From Gammaproteobacteria bacterium (GTDB taxonomy: Bacteria > Pseudomonadota > Gammaproteobacteria > Ga0077536): DNA of 64,000 nt. Location of the stretch: positions 21,286-85,285 of the forward strand of contig JADLGE010000034.1 of NCBI GenBank assembly GCA_020849475.1. Direction: 5' to 3'. Positions within the stretch are counted from its first letter, which is position 1, and each line of letters opens with the position of its first letter. Made by a program: the position numbers and the translations under genes. Of this stretch, positions 7,924-17,480 are shown piece after piece. Under the pieces are notes generated by a model that had not been told where the DNA came from, did no database searches, and saw nothing but the letters and a program-made list of their open reading frames with translations.

Positions 7924-8694
7924 TCAGGACTTGCCCGCGCAACAGCTCCCGGCAGTCGCCTGCGGCGCGTAGCGGTCATGGTGACGCACCCATTCCATCT
8001 TGTGCGGCACATCGCGTTCATTGCGGCCCTTGGGGGCGAGGTCCAGCGCTTGATAGGTGCCGATCATGACCTCCACGCCGCGACCGAAAGTCGAGTAGGT
8101 GTGGAGCACTTCATCGGCGCCGTTGCGGTAGAAGAGGCTCACGCCCGGCGCTTCCTCGCTCGGGAAACTGGTCAGATGATAGTTGTAATAGATCTCGCCC
8201 CGGGCGCGTTCCTCGGGCGTGAAGCTGACGTGCATGTCGTAGTTGAACGGGCTGCCGTTCGATGACACCCAGTTGAAGCGCCAGCCCATGCGCTGGCGAA
8301 AGCGTTGAATCTCGGCGAGCGGTGCGCGCGACACCGCCACGAAGCTCACGTCGCGATCGGCGAGATGCACGGTCATGCCGTCGACATGGTCGGCCATGAA
8401 CGAGCAGCTCGGGCAGCCCTGTTCCCAGCCCGGCCCGAGCATGAAGTGCTGCACCATGAGTTGACTGCGGCCGGCGAACAATTCAGCCAGGCGGCGTTGG
8501 CCATCGAGCGTGTCGAATACGTAGTCCTTGGTGATGCGCACCCACGGCAGGGCGCGACGCAGAGCGGCCGTTTCATCGTGAAGCCGCGTCAATTCCTTTT
8601 CGCGCGCCAGCAGTTTTTTGCGTTCGCTCAGCCATTGATCGGGTGTGACCACGGCATGGTCACTGAAAGCAGTAGCAGCGTTGGGCGTGGTCAT
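7924..8694 (-). CDS. DUF899 thioredoxin-like family protein
   Basis: Start at ATG 8694 (AGGAGA RBS). EKELTRLHDETAALRRALPWVRITKDYVFDT...LMVQHFMLGPGWEQGCPSCSFMADH...HTYSTFGRG...YQALDLAPKGRNE matches conserved DUF899 blocks. Confidence 0.8.
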   Translation of the reverse strand: MTTPNAATAFSDHAVVTPDQWLSERKKLLAREKELTRLHDETAALRRALPWVRITKDYVFDTLDGQRRLAELFAGRSQLMVQHFMLGPGWEQGCPSCSFMADHVDGMTVHLADRDVSFVAVSRAPLAEIQRFRQRMGWRFNWVSSNGSPFNYDMHVSFTPEERARGEIYYNYHLTSFPSEEAPGVSLFYRNGADEVLHTYSTFGRGVEVMIGTYQALDLAPKGRNERDVPHKMEWVRHHDRYAPQATAGSCCAGKS

Positions 8695-8709
8695 GTCGTT
8701 CTCCTGTCG

Positions 8710-8765
8710 GTGCGAATGCGTTCGCACGTTGTTGGTCGGCTTTCAATGTGCGATTGAATTCGCAC
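8710..8765. repeat. Two family-A REP copies
   Basis: GTGCGAATGCGTTCGCAC (8710-8727) and GTGCGATTGAATTCGCAC (8748-8765). Confidence 0.7.
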
Positions 8766-8768
8766 CCA

Positions 8769-9428
8769 TCATGCGCGCTTTGGGCGGCGCACCGCGCGCA
8801 GCTTGCCGCTCGCGCCGCCGCCGGCGAAGAATAGCTCCGCGCCATCGGATTCGAGTCCGCTGACGCCACTGCCGGCCGGCATCTGCAATTGCTCCAGCAC
8901 CGCGCCGCTGTCGGGGTCGATGCGCCGTATGTCACTTTGATCGTCTTCCCAGGTGCCGTGCCAGAGTTCACCGTCCACCCAGGTCACGCCGGTCACGTAG
9001 CGGTTCGATTCGATGGTGCGCAGCACCGCGCCGTCGGCCGGATCGAGTTGGTAAATGCGGCGGTCGCGATAGGCGCCCACCCATAGGCTGCCTTCGGCCC
9101 AGGTCAGGCCGGAGTTGCCGTCCTGGCCGGGCGCGGGAATGGAACTGACTACCTGGCCGTCGTCGAGGCGAATCTTGTCGATGCGTCGCTCGACGAGCTG
9201 ATACAGAAATTCACCGTCGAAGGCGGTGCCGGCATCGTTGGCGCGTTCGATGCTGCGCACCGTGTCGCCGCTCGCCGGGTCGATGGCCAGCAGGCGCTGG
9301 TCGGTGGCGGCCCACACGCGCTGGCCATCGTGGGTCACGCCGTGGATGGGCGGTGCGCCGGCGAAGGGCCCGTATTCGCGCACGATTTCCGCGGCGTGAG
9401 TGGTGGGTGGGGCTATGGCTTGATTCAT
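8769..9428 (-). CDS. Beta-propeller repeat protein (glutamine-cyclotransferase-like)
   Basis: 219 aa with repeated ...DG..LW......I.RIDP.SG.V... blades, for example RIYQLDPADGAVLRTI and IRRIDPDSGAVLEQL. The family assignment is approximate. Confidence 0.55.
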   Translation of the reverse strand: MNQAIAPPTTHAAEIVREYGPFAGAPPIHGVTHDGQRVWAATDQRLLAIDPASGDTVRSIERANDAGTAFDGEFLYQLVERRIDKIRLDDGQVVSSIPAPGQDGNSGLTWAEGSLWVGAYRDRRIYQLDPADGAVLRTIESNRYVTGVTWVDGELWHGTWEDDQSDIRRIDPDSGAVLEQLQMPAGSGVSGLESDGAELFFAGGGASGKLRAVRRPKRA

Positions 9429-9473
9429 GTCGGCCTCGCTGGCGCGCCGTTCGAGTGGCGCCGTGGGGACACT

Positions 9474-10694
9474 CTAGACCGATGGCGCGACCGCCGGGAG
9501 TAACAAGATTGGCGTGAATCCCGCCAAGGGCGAGGCGAGCCAGCGCTGCGTGCGGGCGCGGCCGATGGAACGCACGCGCTGCTCGGCTTCGAGCTCCACC
9601 AACGCGCGTTGCACGCTGCGCTGACTCGCGCCCAGCGCCAGTGCCAGGGCGGATGTCGACCACGCCGCGCCGTCCGCCAGCAAGGCGGTCAGCGAGGCAC
9701 GTTCACCTTCCATGGGCGGCGCCAATACCACGACCTCGCGCTCGACTCGGAGCGCGAAGCCATGCTCGGTCGCCACCACCTGCGCCTGCGCTGACAACAG
9801 CGCGCGCAGACGGCCAATTTCCACGCGCAAGCGCGCACGGTGGCTGTCGTCCGCGTGTCGGGCATTGAACACCGTGGCAATCAAGACCTGGCGATCGACA
9901 GCGCGCGGCCACGCTTGCGCCAAGGCGCGGGCCAGCGCGAACAGCACCGGGCGTCGCGCCAGGTTGGTCCACTGGCCGGCGCAGTGGATGGCGTGGCGAC
10001 AGCCATCCAGCACCCAGGCATCGGACGCGAGCACGGCCGCGACTTCATCCAGCCGCACACGGTGTTCGACGCCGGCGGCGATCATGCGCGCCGCCGGCTG
10101 CGCCAGCGTGGCACGTAATGCCGCGACTTCCGCGAGGAGCGCAGGCACCGCCGCCGACTGCGCGGCGGATTCGGCATCCGCCAGCGCCGCGTGTGCGCGC
10201 TCCATGTGCAGCGAACGCAGCGCCAGTTCGCCTTCCAGCAGCGCCGCCACGGCGCGCAGGCTCGCGCCCAGGCCGCGCGTATCGACGCTCTGCAAGGCTT
10301 CGGCGGCGCCTTCCAGTTGACCGAGCAGCAACAGCCCGCGCGCAACGATGAGGCGTGCCTGCAGCGCATTGGCACGATCACCATGGGCGGCCAGCGTCGC
10401 GGCCGCGGCCTTGAGGCTGCGCGGGTCGTGGCTGAATTCACGCATCGCCAAAGCGACTTCGGCTTCGGCCACCACGCAACGCGCCCGTTCGAGCGCGGCG
10501 CGCGGGCCGAAACGGCGCGCGGCACGGCGCAGCAGGTCGCGTGCGCGGGTGTATTCGCCAAGCTGCGCCATGGCGATGCCACGCAGGGCGAGCGCCGCCG
10601 GCTCGTCACGCAGCGCGATGTGTTTCAGCGCGGTCAGTGAATCGCCGGCGGCAAGTGCGTGCGCGGCGGCGTCGATGGCGGCGTCCATGGCCAC
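9474..10694 (-). CDS. Putative transcriptional regulator: TPR-like helical N-domain plus C-terminal winged-helix
   Basis: 406 aa. The Ala/Leu-rich helical repeats resemble TPR. The C-terminal WSTSALALALGASQRSVQRALVELEAEQRVRSIGRARTQRW is wHTH-like. The first codon is GTG at 10694, with ATG two codons later. It is divergent from the amidase operon. Confidence 0.5.
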   Translation of the reverse strand: MAMDAAIDAAAHALAAGDSLTALKHIALRDEPAALALRGIAMAQLGEYTRARDLLRRAARRFGPRAALERARCVVAEAEVALAMREFSHDPRSLKAAAATLAAHGDRANALQARLIVARGLLLLGQLEGAAEALQSVDTRGLGASLRAVAALLEGELALRSLHMERAHAALADAESAAQSAAVPALLAEVAALRATLAQPAARMIAAGVEHRVRLDEVAAVLASDAWVLDGCRHAIHCAGQWTNLARRPVLFALARALAQAWPRAVDRQVLIATVFNARHADDSHRARLRVEIGRLRALLSAQAQVVATEHGFALRVEREVVVLAPPMEGERASLTALLADGAAWSTSALALALGASQRSVQRALVELEAEQRVRSIGRARTQRWLASPLAGFTPILLLPAVAPSV

Positions 10695-10802
10695 AGGCTA
10701 GCGCACCTGCAGCGGCCGCGACACGGCGCGCGGCACACGGGGTGGGCGCGCTGCCTCAACTGTGCAATTCTGCCGTCCACGCTAAACGGCACGGGGCGCA
10801 CC

Positions 10803-11078
10803 ATGACTCACGGCACAAATGATCGCAAAGGGACTGGGCAAACCAATAAGGCGGGTGCGACTTCCATCCCCAGCGTGACCGCCGACCACGTCGCGGCCCT
10901 GGCCGCGGCGGTGGGCCTGCCGCTGTCGCCGCAACGCGTCGCGGTGGTGCAGCCCATACTCGCCGTGTGGCTTGCCGACAGTGCGGCATTGAATAGTCTC
11001 ATGCAGGCCGAAGCCCATCGCGAAGTGGTGCCCGTCACGGTGTTGCGTCACACACCGAGCGACGCGGGGGACTGCTGA
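10803..11078 (+). CDS. Small GatC/AtzG-like subunit preceding the amidase
   Basis: ADHVAALAAAVGLPLSPQRVAVVQPILAVWLADSAALNSL resembles the GatC/AtzG (DUF4089-like) helical peptide. Its TGA is immediately followed by the amidase ATG (TGAATG, 11076-11081). The start is uncertain: ATG 10803, or an in-frame GTG at 10875. Confidence 0.5.
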   Translation: MTHGTNDRKGTGQTNKAGATSIPSVTADHVAALAAAVGLPLSPQRVAVVQPILAVWLADSAALNSLMQAEAHREVVPVTVLRHTPSDAGDC

Positions 11079-12497
11079 ATGGCTCTCACCCCGGATGTCT
11101 TGAATCTGTCCTTGCGCGAGGCCGCGCGCAAAGTACGCGACGGCAGCGTGTCGCCGGTAGAGCTGGTCGAGGCATCGCTGGCGCGTATCGCGGCCCTGGA
11201 TGGGAGCCTGCACGCTTTCATCAGCGTGTTCGCCGACCAGGCCACCGCGGTCGCGAAGGCGATGGAAGCCATGGCGCGCGCCGGCCATATCCTCGGACCC
11301 TTGCACGGCGTGCCGCTGGCCTTGAAGGACAACATCGCCGTGCAGGGTTTCGCCACCACCGCCGGCAGCAAGATTCTCGCCGATGCCATTTCGAGCGAAG
11401 ACGCCACTGTCGCGCAGCGCCTGCGTCAGGCCGGCGCGATTTTCGTCGGCAAGCTCAACATGCATGAATTCGCGTGGGGCGGCACCTCGGCCAACCCCCA
11501 TTACGGCACGGTGGCCAATCCGTGGAACACGAGTCGCTTCGCGGGCGGCTCGAGCGGCGGCTCCGGCGCGGCGCTCGCGGCGCGCATGTGCTACGGCACG
11601 CTCGGCACCGACACCGGCGGTTCGATTCGTCTGCCGTCGGCCATCAACGGCGTGGTGGGCATACGCCCGACCTATGGGCGGGTGAGCAACCACGGCATTA
11701 TTCCCTTGGCGTGGAGCATGGATACCGCAGGTCCCTTGGCCCGCGACGCGGCCGATTGCGCCTTGATGTTCCAGGTCATCGCCGGCCATGACCCGCGCGA
11801 TCCCGCCAGCGATGCCTGCGCGGTCAGCGATTACACGGCGCTGCGCGATGACATCCTGAGCGGCCTGCGTATCGGTGTGATCCCCGGCTACTTCGATGCC
11901 CATCTGCAAAAGCCGGTGCACGATGCCGTGTCACGCGCCCTGGCGCAGTTCGTGAATCTCGGTGCGCAGCTCGTCGAAGTCAGCATTCCCAATATCCAGG
12001 CCAATATCTCCGCGCAGTTGACCATCGAAGCCAGCGAGCCCAGCACCTATCACCAGCAATGGCTGCGTGAGCGCCCGCAGGATTACGGCGAAGACGTGCG
12101 CACCCTGCTCGAAGTCGGCGAGCTGCTGCCCGCCACTCACTACCTGCAGGCACAGCGCTATCGCAGCACTTTGCGCCGCGATTTTCTGGCCGCCTTCAAC
12201 AAGGTCGATGTGTTCATCTGCCCGACGCTGCCATTCACCGCCACGCCATTAGGCGCGACTGAAGTCGTGATCGAGCACGACACGCCGGAAGACATGCTCG
12301 GCGCCATCATGCGTTTCACCGGCATTCCAAGCCTGACCGGCCTGCCGGCGCTCAGCCTGCCCTGTGGTTTCGATGGTGACGGCATGCCGATAGGCATGCA
12401 GCTCATCGGCAAGCCTTTCGGCGAGCAGGCTCTGTTCAACATCGGCACGGCCTATCAGGCCGTGACCGATTTCCATACCCAATCACCACGGTTGTAG
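11079..12497 (+). CDS. Amidase-signature family hydrolase (GatA/AtzE-like)
   Basis: 472 aa. PLHGVPLALKDNI, the Gly/Ser-rich signature FAGGSSGGSGAALAA and GTDTGGSIRLPSA are present. Confidence 0.85.
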   Translation: MALTPDVLNLSLREAARKVRDGSVSPVELVEASLARIAALDGSLHAFISVFADQATAVAKAMEAMARAGHILGPLHGVPLALKDNIAVQGFATTAGSKILADAISSEDATVAQRLRQAGAIFVGKLNMHEFAWGGTSANPHYGTVANPWNTSRFAGGSSGGSGAALAARMCYGTLGTDTGGSIRLPSAINGVVGIRPTYGRVSNHGIIPLAWSMDTAGPLARDAADCALMFQVIAGHDPRDPASDACAVSDYTALRDDILSGLRIGVIPGYFDAHLQKPVHDAVSRALAQFVNLGAQLVEVSIPNIQANISAQLTIEASEPSTYHQQWLRERPQDYGEDVRTLLEVGELLPATHYLQAQRYRSTLRRDFLAAFNKVDVFICPTLPFTATPLGATEVVIEHDTPEDMLGAIMRFTGIPSLTGLPALSLPCGFDGDGMPIGMQLIGKPFGEQALFNIGTAYQAVTDFHTQSPRL

Positions 12498-12548
12498 GGG
12501 CGAATTCTTTCGCGCATTGAAAACGCGGCGCAGAACACCAACACAAAT

Positions 12549-12566
12549 GTGCGAATGAATTCGCAC
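12549..12566. repeat. Family-A REP copy
   Basis: GTGCGAATGAATTCGCAC is a perfect palindrome around GAATTC, preceded by AATGT as at other sites. Confidence 0.7.
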
Positions 12567-12583
12567 CGAGCAGGGGAACCACG

Positions 12584-14266
12584 ATGGCTTACGATTTATT
12601 GATCAAGAACGGCACGGTCGTTGACGGCACCGGCGCCGCGCCCATCCATGCCGATGTCGGCGTCAGGGACGGCATCATCGTCGAAGTCGGCAAGCTGTCC
12701 GGTGCGGCGACGCGCGTGGTCGATGCCAACGATCTCATCGTCGCGCCCGGCTTCGTCGATCCGCACACCCATTACGACGCGCAGATCTGCTGGGACGATG
12801 TCACATCGCCGTCGAGCTGGCACGGCGTGACGACCATCATGCTCGGCAACTGCGGCGTGGGGCTCGCGCCGTGTCGGCCCGAGGCGCGCGAAATGGCGGC
12901 CTGGGACTTGGTCAATGTCGAAGCGATTCCTTTCGACGTCTTGAAGCAGGGCGTGACCTGGGACTGGGAAAGTTTTCCCGAATACATGGCCGCCGCCGCG
13001 CGCCGTGGCAGCGGCCTCAACATGGGCTTTCTGTGTGCGCTGACGCCGTTCCGTCATTACGTGATGGGCGAGGAATCGATGGAGCGCGCCGCCAGCGTCG
13101 CGGAAATGAACGAAGTCACGCGGCTGTTGCGCGAAGCGATGGAGGCCGGCGCTTTCGGTTTCACCACCACCAGCGCGCCCCAGCACCTGGGCTACAAAGG
13201 TCGGCCGCTGGCCTGTCGCCTCGCGAGCCACGATGAACTGCGCAGCTATTCCCACGTGTTGCGTGACCTGGGGCGCGGGTCGATAGAAATCGCGCTGACC
13301 AGCCAGGCGTCCAAGGTCAATGCCGACGAACGCGCGCTGCTCGAACTGTTCCTGTCGGAATCCGGTCGGCCGGTGACGTGGCTGGCGCTGTTGAACCGCG
13401 ACGACGACCCGGACGCGGTGCAGAACACTCTGGTCGAGACCGCCGATCTCATTGCGCGCGGCGCGATTCCGCAATGCACCTGCCGGCCGTTCATTTTCCA
13501 GATCGACTGTTCCAAGCCCTTCATCCTCGCCAGCATGGCGTGCTGGGTGCCGGTCTTGAACCAGCCGGTCGAACGGCAGATAGAGATCCTGCGCTCGCCG
13601 AAATTCCGCGCCGAGTTTCGCGAGGCCTTGAAGCGGCCCTTGATCTTCACCGGTCGCTGGGAAGTGATGACGGTGCTGGAAACCATGAGCCCGCATCTCG
13701 AGAAATATCTCGGCCGCAACATTGCCGAGATTGCCCAGGAGCGTGGCGCCGATGCGCTCGACACCTTCCTCGATCTCGCCATCGAAGACGGGCTGGCCAT
13801 GCAGTTCAACTACATCCTGTTCAATGCCGACGAGAGCCGCATTCCGGAACTCATCACCGACAGTCGCACCATGATTGGTTTGTCTGACGGCGGCGCCCAT
13901 GTCGACAGCATCTGCGATGCCGGCTATGCCACTTACCTGCTTGGCACCTGGGTGCGCGAGCGCCAGGCGATGAGTCTGCAGCACGCCGTCAAACGCATCA
14001 CTTCCGAGCCGGCCGATTTCTTCGGCATTAGCAAGCGCGGCCGCATCGCGCCAGGCATGGCGGCGGACTTCGCTGTCTTCGATCTCGCCACCGTCGGCTC
14101 CGACGTGACCGGCACCATGCGCCGCGATCTGCCGGGCGGCGGTCGGCGCCTGGTGATGACCGCGCGGGGCGTCGAGTACACCATCGTCAACGGCCAGTTG
14201 CTGTTCGAGCATGGCGTGGACAGCGGTGCGCGCGCGGGCCGCGTGCTGCATTCGGCGACGGCGTGA
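12584..14266 (+). CDS. N-acyl-D-amino-acid deacylase (D-aminoacylase) family amidohydrolase
   Basis: 560 aa. YDLLIKNGTVVDGTGAAPIHADVGVRDGIIVEVG...VAPGFVDPHTHYD is the typical Amidohydro_3/D-aminoacylase N-terminus. GLSDGGAHVD occurs near the C-terminus. Confidence 0.8.
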   Translation: MAYDLLIKNGTVVDGTGAAPIHADVGVRDGIIVEVGKLSGAATRVVDANDLIVAPGFVDPHTHYDAQICWDDVTSPSSWHGVTTIMLGNCGVGLAPCRPEAREMAAWDLVNVEAIPFDVLKQGVTWDWESFPEYMAAAARRGSGLNMGFLCALTPFRHYVMGEESMERAASVAEMNEVTRLLREAMEAGAFGFTTTSAPQHLGYKGRPLACRLASHDELRSYSHVLRDLGRGSIEIALTSQASKVNADERALLELFLSESGRPVTWLALLNRDDDPDAVQNTLVETADLIARGAIPQCTCRPFIFQIDCSKPFILASMACWVPVLNQPVERQIEILRSPKFRAEFREALKRPLIFTGRWEVMTVLETMSPHLEKYLGRNIAEIAQERGADALDTFLDLAIEDGLAMQFNYILFNADESRIPELITDSRTMIGLSDGGAHVDSICDAGYATYLLGTWVRERQAMSLQHAVKRITSEPADFFGISKRGRIAPGMAADFAVFDLATVGSDVTGTMRRDLPGGGRRLVMTARGVEYTIVNGQLLFEHGVDSGARAGRVLHSATA

Positions 14267-14318
14267 ATGCCTGCGCTGCATTGCCTATTAACCATCAACC
14301 CATAGCAAGAGGTGCGCC

Positions 14319-14612
14319 ATGACCTGTCTCGTGCATATCGAATTTCGTGCCAAGCCTGAAAGCGTCGACACCCTGCTCGGCTGGCTGCGCCAGATCCTGC
14401 CGGATACGCGCTGCCGTGAAGGCTGCGTGTCGGTGTCGGTCACGCGCAACCAGGACGACCCCAACAATTTCGCCTTTGTCGAACTGTGGGACAGCCGCCA
14501 GCATTACGAGCGCTATTTCGCATGGCGCGAGCGCGAAGGTGTGCTGACCGAACTGGCGAAGTTCGTCGACGGCGAAGCGCAGTTCCGCTTTTTCGATATT
14601 GTCGGGCTGTAG
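14319..14612 (+). CDS. Antibiotic-biosynthesis-monooxygenase (ABM) domain protein
   Basis: 97 aa. HIEFRAKPESVDTLLGWL...FAFVELWDSRQHYERY is the ferredoxin-like ABM pattern. Confidence 0.7.
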   Translation: MTCLVHIEFRAKPESVDTLLGWLRQILPDTRCREGCVSVSVTRNQDDPNNFAFVELWDSRQHYERYFAWREREGVLTELAKFVDGEAQFRFFDIVGL

Positions 14613-14622
14613 GCGCGTGGCG

Positions 14623-15501
14623 CTAATGCGCTGGCGGCGCCGACTCCACGCGCCAGCGCAGTAACTGGAAACAGGCGAGCAGCGCGGTAAACAGCATGGT
14701 GAATATGCTGACCAGCATCATCGTTTCCAGAAGATCCGCGGCCTGCCAGGCGTGTCCCGTTGGGTCGCTGATCTTGAAGTCCGGCACGATCGCGAACAGC
14801 AGCGGAAACTGCAGCGCTATCAGCGTCCAGAACACGATGGGCTGCAGCCAGTAGCCGTAGCCTTGCGGCGTGGGCGGTCGTGCCGACTGACGCTCGAGGT
14901 AGAGAGCGAACAGCGTGAAGATGGTGAACATGGTCAGCATCCAGCCAAAGAAATTCATCCAGCCCACACCGAAATAGCCGCCGCCTTCGGCCCAGATCCA
15001 ATCGCGATTCATGGTGCCGCCGATGGGGTCGACGCACAGATCCCAGGCGCTGGTAATGAAGGCCGCGATCAGCGGCCGCGCGATCAAGGGCGCCAGGCGC
15101 CGCGCGCTGAAGGCATCGCCGAGCAAGAGGCCAGCCAGCGCCCAGCCGAGATAGCCGGCCACCGCGAAAATCGGCCCGACCAGCAGCGGCGCCTTGAGGA
15201 GCTGTGGCCCCATGTGGGCGGTGTGTTCATAGTGACCAAACGGAAAGCCGGTGAAGATGCTGGCGTTCTCGGTGACATAGGTCACCGCCATAGCGATCAG
15301 AAAATAAATGGCGATGCCACGCTGGCCGTAGCGCGCCCCACCATGGGCGAGGGTGAAGGCGCTCATCAAGGCCACGTTGATGTAACGCGAGGTATCGAAG
15401 CTGAGCAGCGCGGGTGCGAACAGACTGGTGAGCGTGACCACCAACCATGCAGCTATCAGCAGCCAGCACAGGCCCTGGGGTGGACGGGTATCTTCAGTCA
15501 T
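14623..15501 (-). CDS. Polytopic membrane protein, DUF422/'carotenoid biosynthesis protein'-like
   Basis: 292 aa with about 8 hydrophobic segments. The GFPFGHYEHT and WDLCVDP motifs recall DUF422. The family call is tentative. Confidence 0.55.
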   Translation of the reverse strand: MTEDTRPPQGLCWLLIAAWLVVTLTSLFAPALLSFDTSRYINVALMSAFTLAHGGARYGQRGIAIYFLIAMAVTYVTENASIFTGFPFGHYEHTAHMGPQLLKAPLLVGPIFAVAGYLGWALAGLLLGDAFSARRLAPLIARPLIAAFITSAWDLCVDPIGGTMNRDWIWAEGGGYFGVGWMNFFGWMLTMFTIFTLFALYLERQSARPPTPQGYGYWLQPIVFWTLIALQFPLLFAIVPDFKISDPTGHAWQAADLLETMMLVSIFTMLFTALLACFQLLRWRVESAPPAH

Positions 15502-15696
15502 GGTCAGGGCTCCTGGCGGGCGTGGTGTGCGGTGGGTGTTTCAGCTTCGGCATGATGAGCAATCCGCCGACGCCCGACAACGTCGCGCGACCATGGTCGG
15601 CACGCGCTTGGTTCGGCGGTCTCGACATGCTGCAATGAAGCGCCGCTGCGTTGCTGAACATTCGGCGCCCCGCGCGCCTCGCAAATGAGGTAAATC

Positions 15697-16635
15697 ATGA
15701 CCACCGTGCCCCCCATCGATCACCGCGTGCCGAGCAGCCGTGCCGGCCTCTCGGTGATGCTCCGAAACAAGTGCGGAGGGCGGCGCGCGCCGCCGCTGCT
15801 GTTCGTGCATGGCGCCACCTATCCATCGACCGTGACCTTCGACTACGCCATCGACGGCGCATCGTGGATGGACGTGCTCGCGGCCGGCGGCTTCGACGTG
15901 TGGTGCATCGACCTGCTGGGCTATGGCGAGGCGGACCGCCCGCCGCAGATGAGTGTGGCCGCCGATGAGCACGGGCCGATGGTCGACACTGCGGAGGCGG
16001 TGGCCGATGTGAAGCTTGCCGTTGATTTCATATGCGCTGCCCGCGACTGCGCGATGGTCGACCTCATTGGCTATTCGTGGGGCACGGCCATCGGCGGACA
16101 GGTGGCAACGGAGTGTCCGGCGCGCGTGCGGCGCCTGGTGCTGGCCGGCGCTCTGTGGATCCCGGAAGGGCCGATGCAGGTGGCGGCCGAAGGGACCCTG
16201 GGGGCCTATCGGCTGGTGACCGAAGAGGCCACGGCCCGACGCTGGACGGTGGGACTGAACGATATGCAGAAAGCCGCCATCGGCAGCGCCGCGAGTCGCG
16301 CGCAATGGGCGCAGGCGGCTGTCGCCTCCGACCCGCAATCGTGCCGCCACACGCCCGCCCTGCTGCGTGCCCCTACCGGCGTGGTGAAAGATGTCACCGA
16401 ATGCTGGATGCAGGGCCGTCCGACCTGGGAGCCGTCGCTCGTGCGCTGCCCGACCTTGGTGGTGGTCGGCGAATGGGATCACGAGACCACCCCCGCGCAG
16501 GGTCGCGAAGTATTCGCGCGTCTGAGCGGCACGGACATTCGCCGCTTCGTGGTGATAGGCGGCGCCACCCATCTCATGCTGCTGGAGCGTCAAAGGCAGC
16601 AGTTGTACGAGGTGGTGGCGGCTTTCCTGTCCTGA
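15697..16635 (+). CDS. Alpha/beta-fold hydrolase
   Basis: 312 aa. LLFVHGATYPS is followed by the nucleophile elbow IGYSWGT, and a C-terminal GGATHLMLLE carries the His. Confidence 0.75.
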   Translation: MTTVPPIDHRVPSSRAGLSVMLRNKCGGRRAPPLLFVHGATYPSTVTFDYAIDGASWMDVLAAGGFDVWCIDLLGYGEADRPPQMSVAADEHGPMVDTAEAVADVKLAVDFICAARDCAMVDLIGYSWGTAIGGQVATECPARVRRLVLAGALWIPEGPMQVAAEGTLGAYRLVTEEATARRWTVGLNDMQKAAIGSAASRAQWAQAAVASDPQSCRHTPALLRAPTGVVKDVTECWMQGRPTWEPSLVRCPTLVVVGEWDHETTPAQGREVFARLSGTDIRRFVVIGGATHLMLLERQRQQLYEVVAAFLS

Positions 16636-16643
16636 TTTTGATG

Positions 16644-16685
16644 GGTGAATGAATTCACAGTGTGTAGGTCCGATTTCAATCGGCC
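16644..16685. repeat. Degenerate family-A REP plus a second hairpin
   Basis: GGTGAATGAATTCACAG is followed by TGTAGGTCCGATTTCAATCGGCC. Confidence 0.5.
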
Positions 16686-16724
16686 ATTCAATGGCGCGCC
16701 CCATCGCCACCCACACGCAATGAC

Positions 16725-17480
16725 TCACCCCGACAACAAATCGATCATGTCCTGCAGCAACACTGCAACCTGCGCGTGATCGTCGAGAAAATAATGCGCC
16801 GCTGAACGCATCGCCGGATTGCCCACCCGCACTGTCAGCCAATGCCGTTCGGCGACCGCGAACGCCGATTCGTCGTTGACGTCGTCGCCAAGAAACACCG
16901 CCGCCGCGGCCCCTTCCATCGCCACCAGCCGCTTCAGCGCCGCGCCTTTGTCGGGTGCATGGGCGGGCGTGACATTGACCACGCATTTGCCGAAGGACAA
17001 GGTCAGTGGTGCGTCGATAGGCGCCAGCAGGGTGCGGATCCACGCCGCCGCTTCATCGCGGTCGCGTGCCATGCGGTAGTGCAGCGCGATGGACAAACCC
17101 TTGTCTTCGAGTTGTATACCGTGCTCGCGTAATTGCTCCTGGTGCAAGGCCAGCAGGGCGCGCGGTGCATCGAGAACGTTGCGATAGAGATCCCGTGACT
17201 GCTCTTCCAAGCCTTCGGCGCCGTGATTGCCGATCACATAGCGCGGCTCGAAGCCGAGTCGCGTACTGACATCGCTGACCGTGCGCCCGGTGATGATGGC
17301 GACCGGCAACAGCGCCGCGAGCCGTGAGATGCGCCGCATCACGCTGAGCGGCATGACGGCGTCCTGTGGATTGGTGACGAGCGGCGCGAGCGTGCCGTCG
17401 AAGTCGAAGGCCAGCAGCGGCGTGTGGGCGATCACGCGTCGCAATGCGGCTTTGCCGTCGGCGCTGAAGATATGCTTCAT
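16725..17480 (-). CDS. otsB: Trehalose-6-phosphate phosphatase
   Basis: 251 aa. HAD motif I is LLAFDFDGTLAP and motif IV is FLGDDVNDESAF. It shares an ATGA overlap with the upstream otsA. Confidence 0.85.
   Translation of the reverse strand: MKHIFSADGKAALRRVIAHTPLLAFDFDGTLAPLVTNPQDAVMPLSVMRRISRLAALLPVAIITGRTVSDVSTRLGFEPRYVIGNHGAEGLEEQSRDLYRNVLDAPRALLALHQEQLREHGIQLEDKGLSIALHYRMARDRDEAAAWIRTLLAPIDAPLTLSFGKCVVNVTPAHAPDKGAALKRLVAMEGAAAAVFLGDDVNDESAFAVAERHWLTVRVGNPAMRSAAHYFLDDHAQVAVLLQDMIDLLSG

Noticed and set aside
10771-10791. The inverted repeat TGCCGT-N9-ACGGCA just upstream of the small GatC-like ORF as an operator or attenuator.
   Set aside because: It has only 6-bp arms, which is expected by chance in GC-rich DNA. 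It has no second copy, and I have no independent support.
12596-14281. A 561-aa ORF antisense to the D-aminoacylase-family gene, plus similar very long antisense or out-of-frame ORFs elsewhere: 977..2452, 10782..11921, 15541..17043, 17492..19435, 19793..21550, 24636..26096, 26808..27956, 35074..36807, 37710..39716, 40348..41604, 42909..44018, 46554..48362, 59287..60666 and 60510..62309.
   Set aside because: These are shadow ORFs expected in GC-rich DNA. Their translations are Arg/Ala/Gly/His-rich with no recognisable motifs, while the opposite or alternative frame at each locus encodes a protein with clear family signatures. I found no evidence for overlapping genes.
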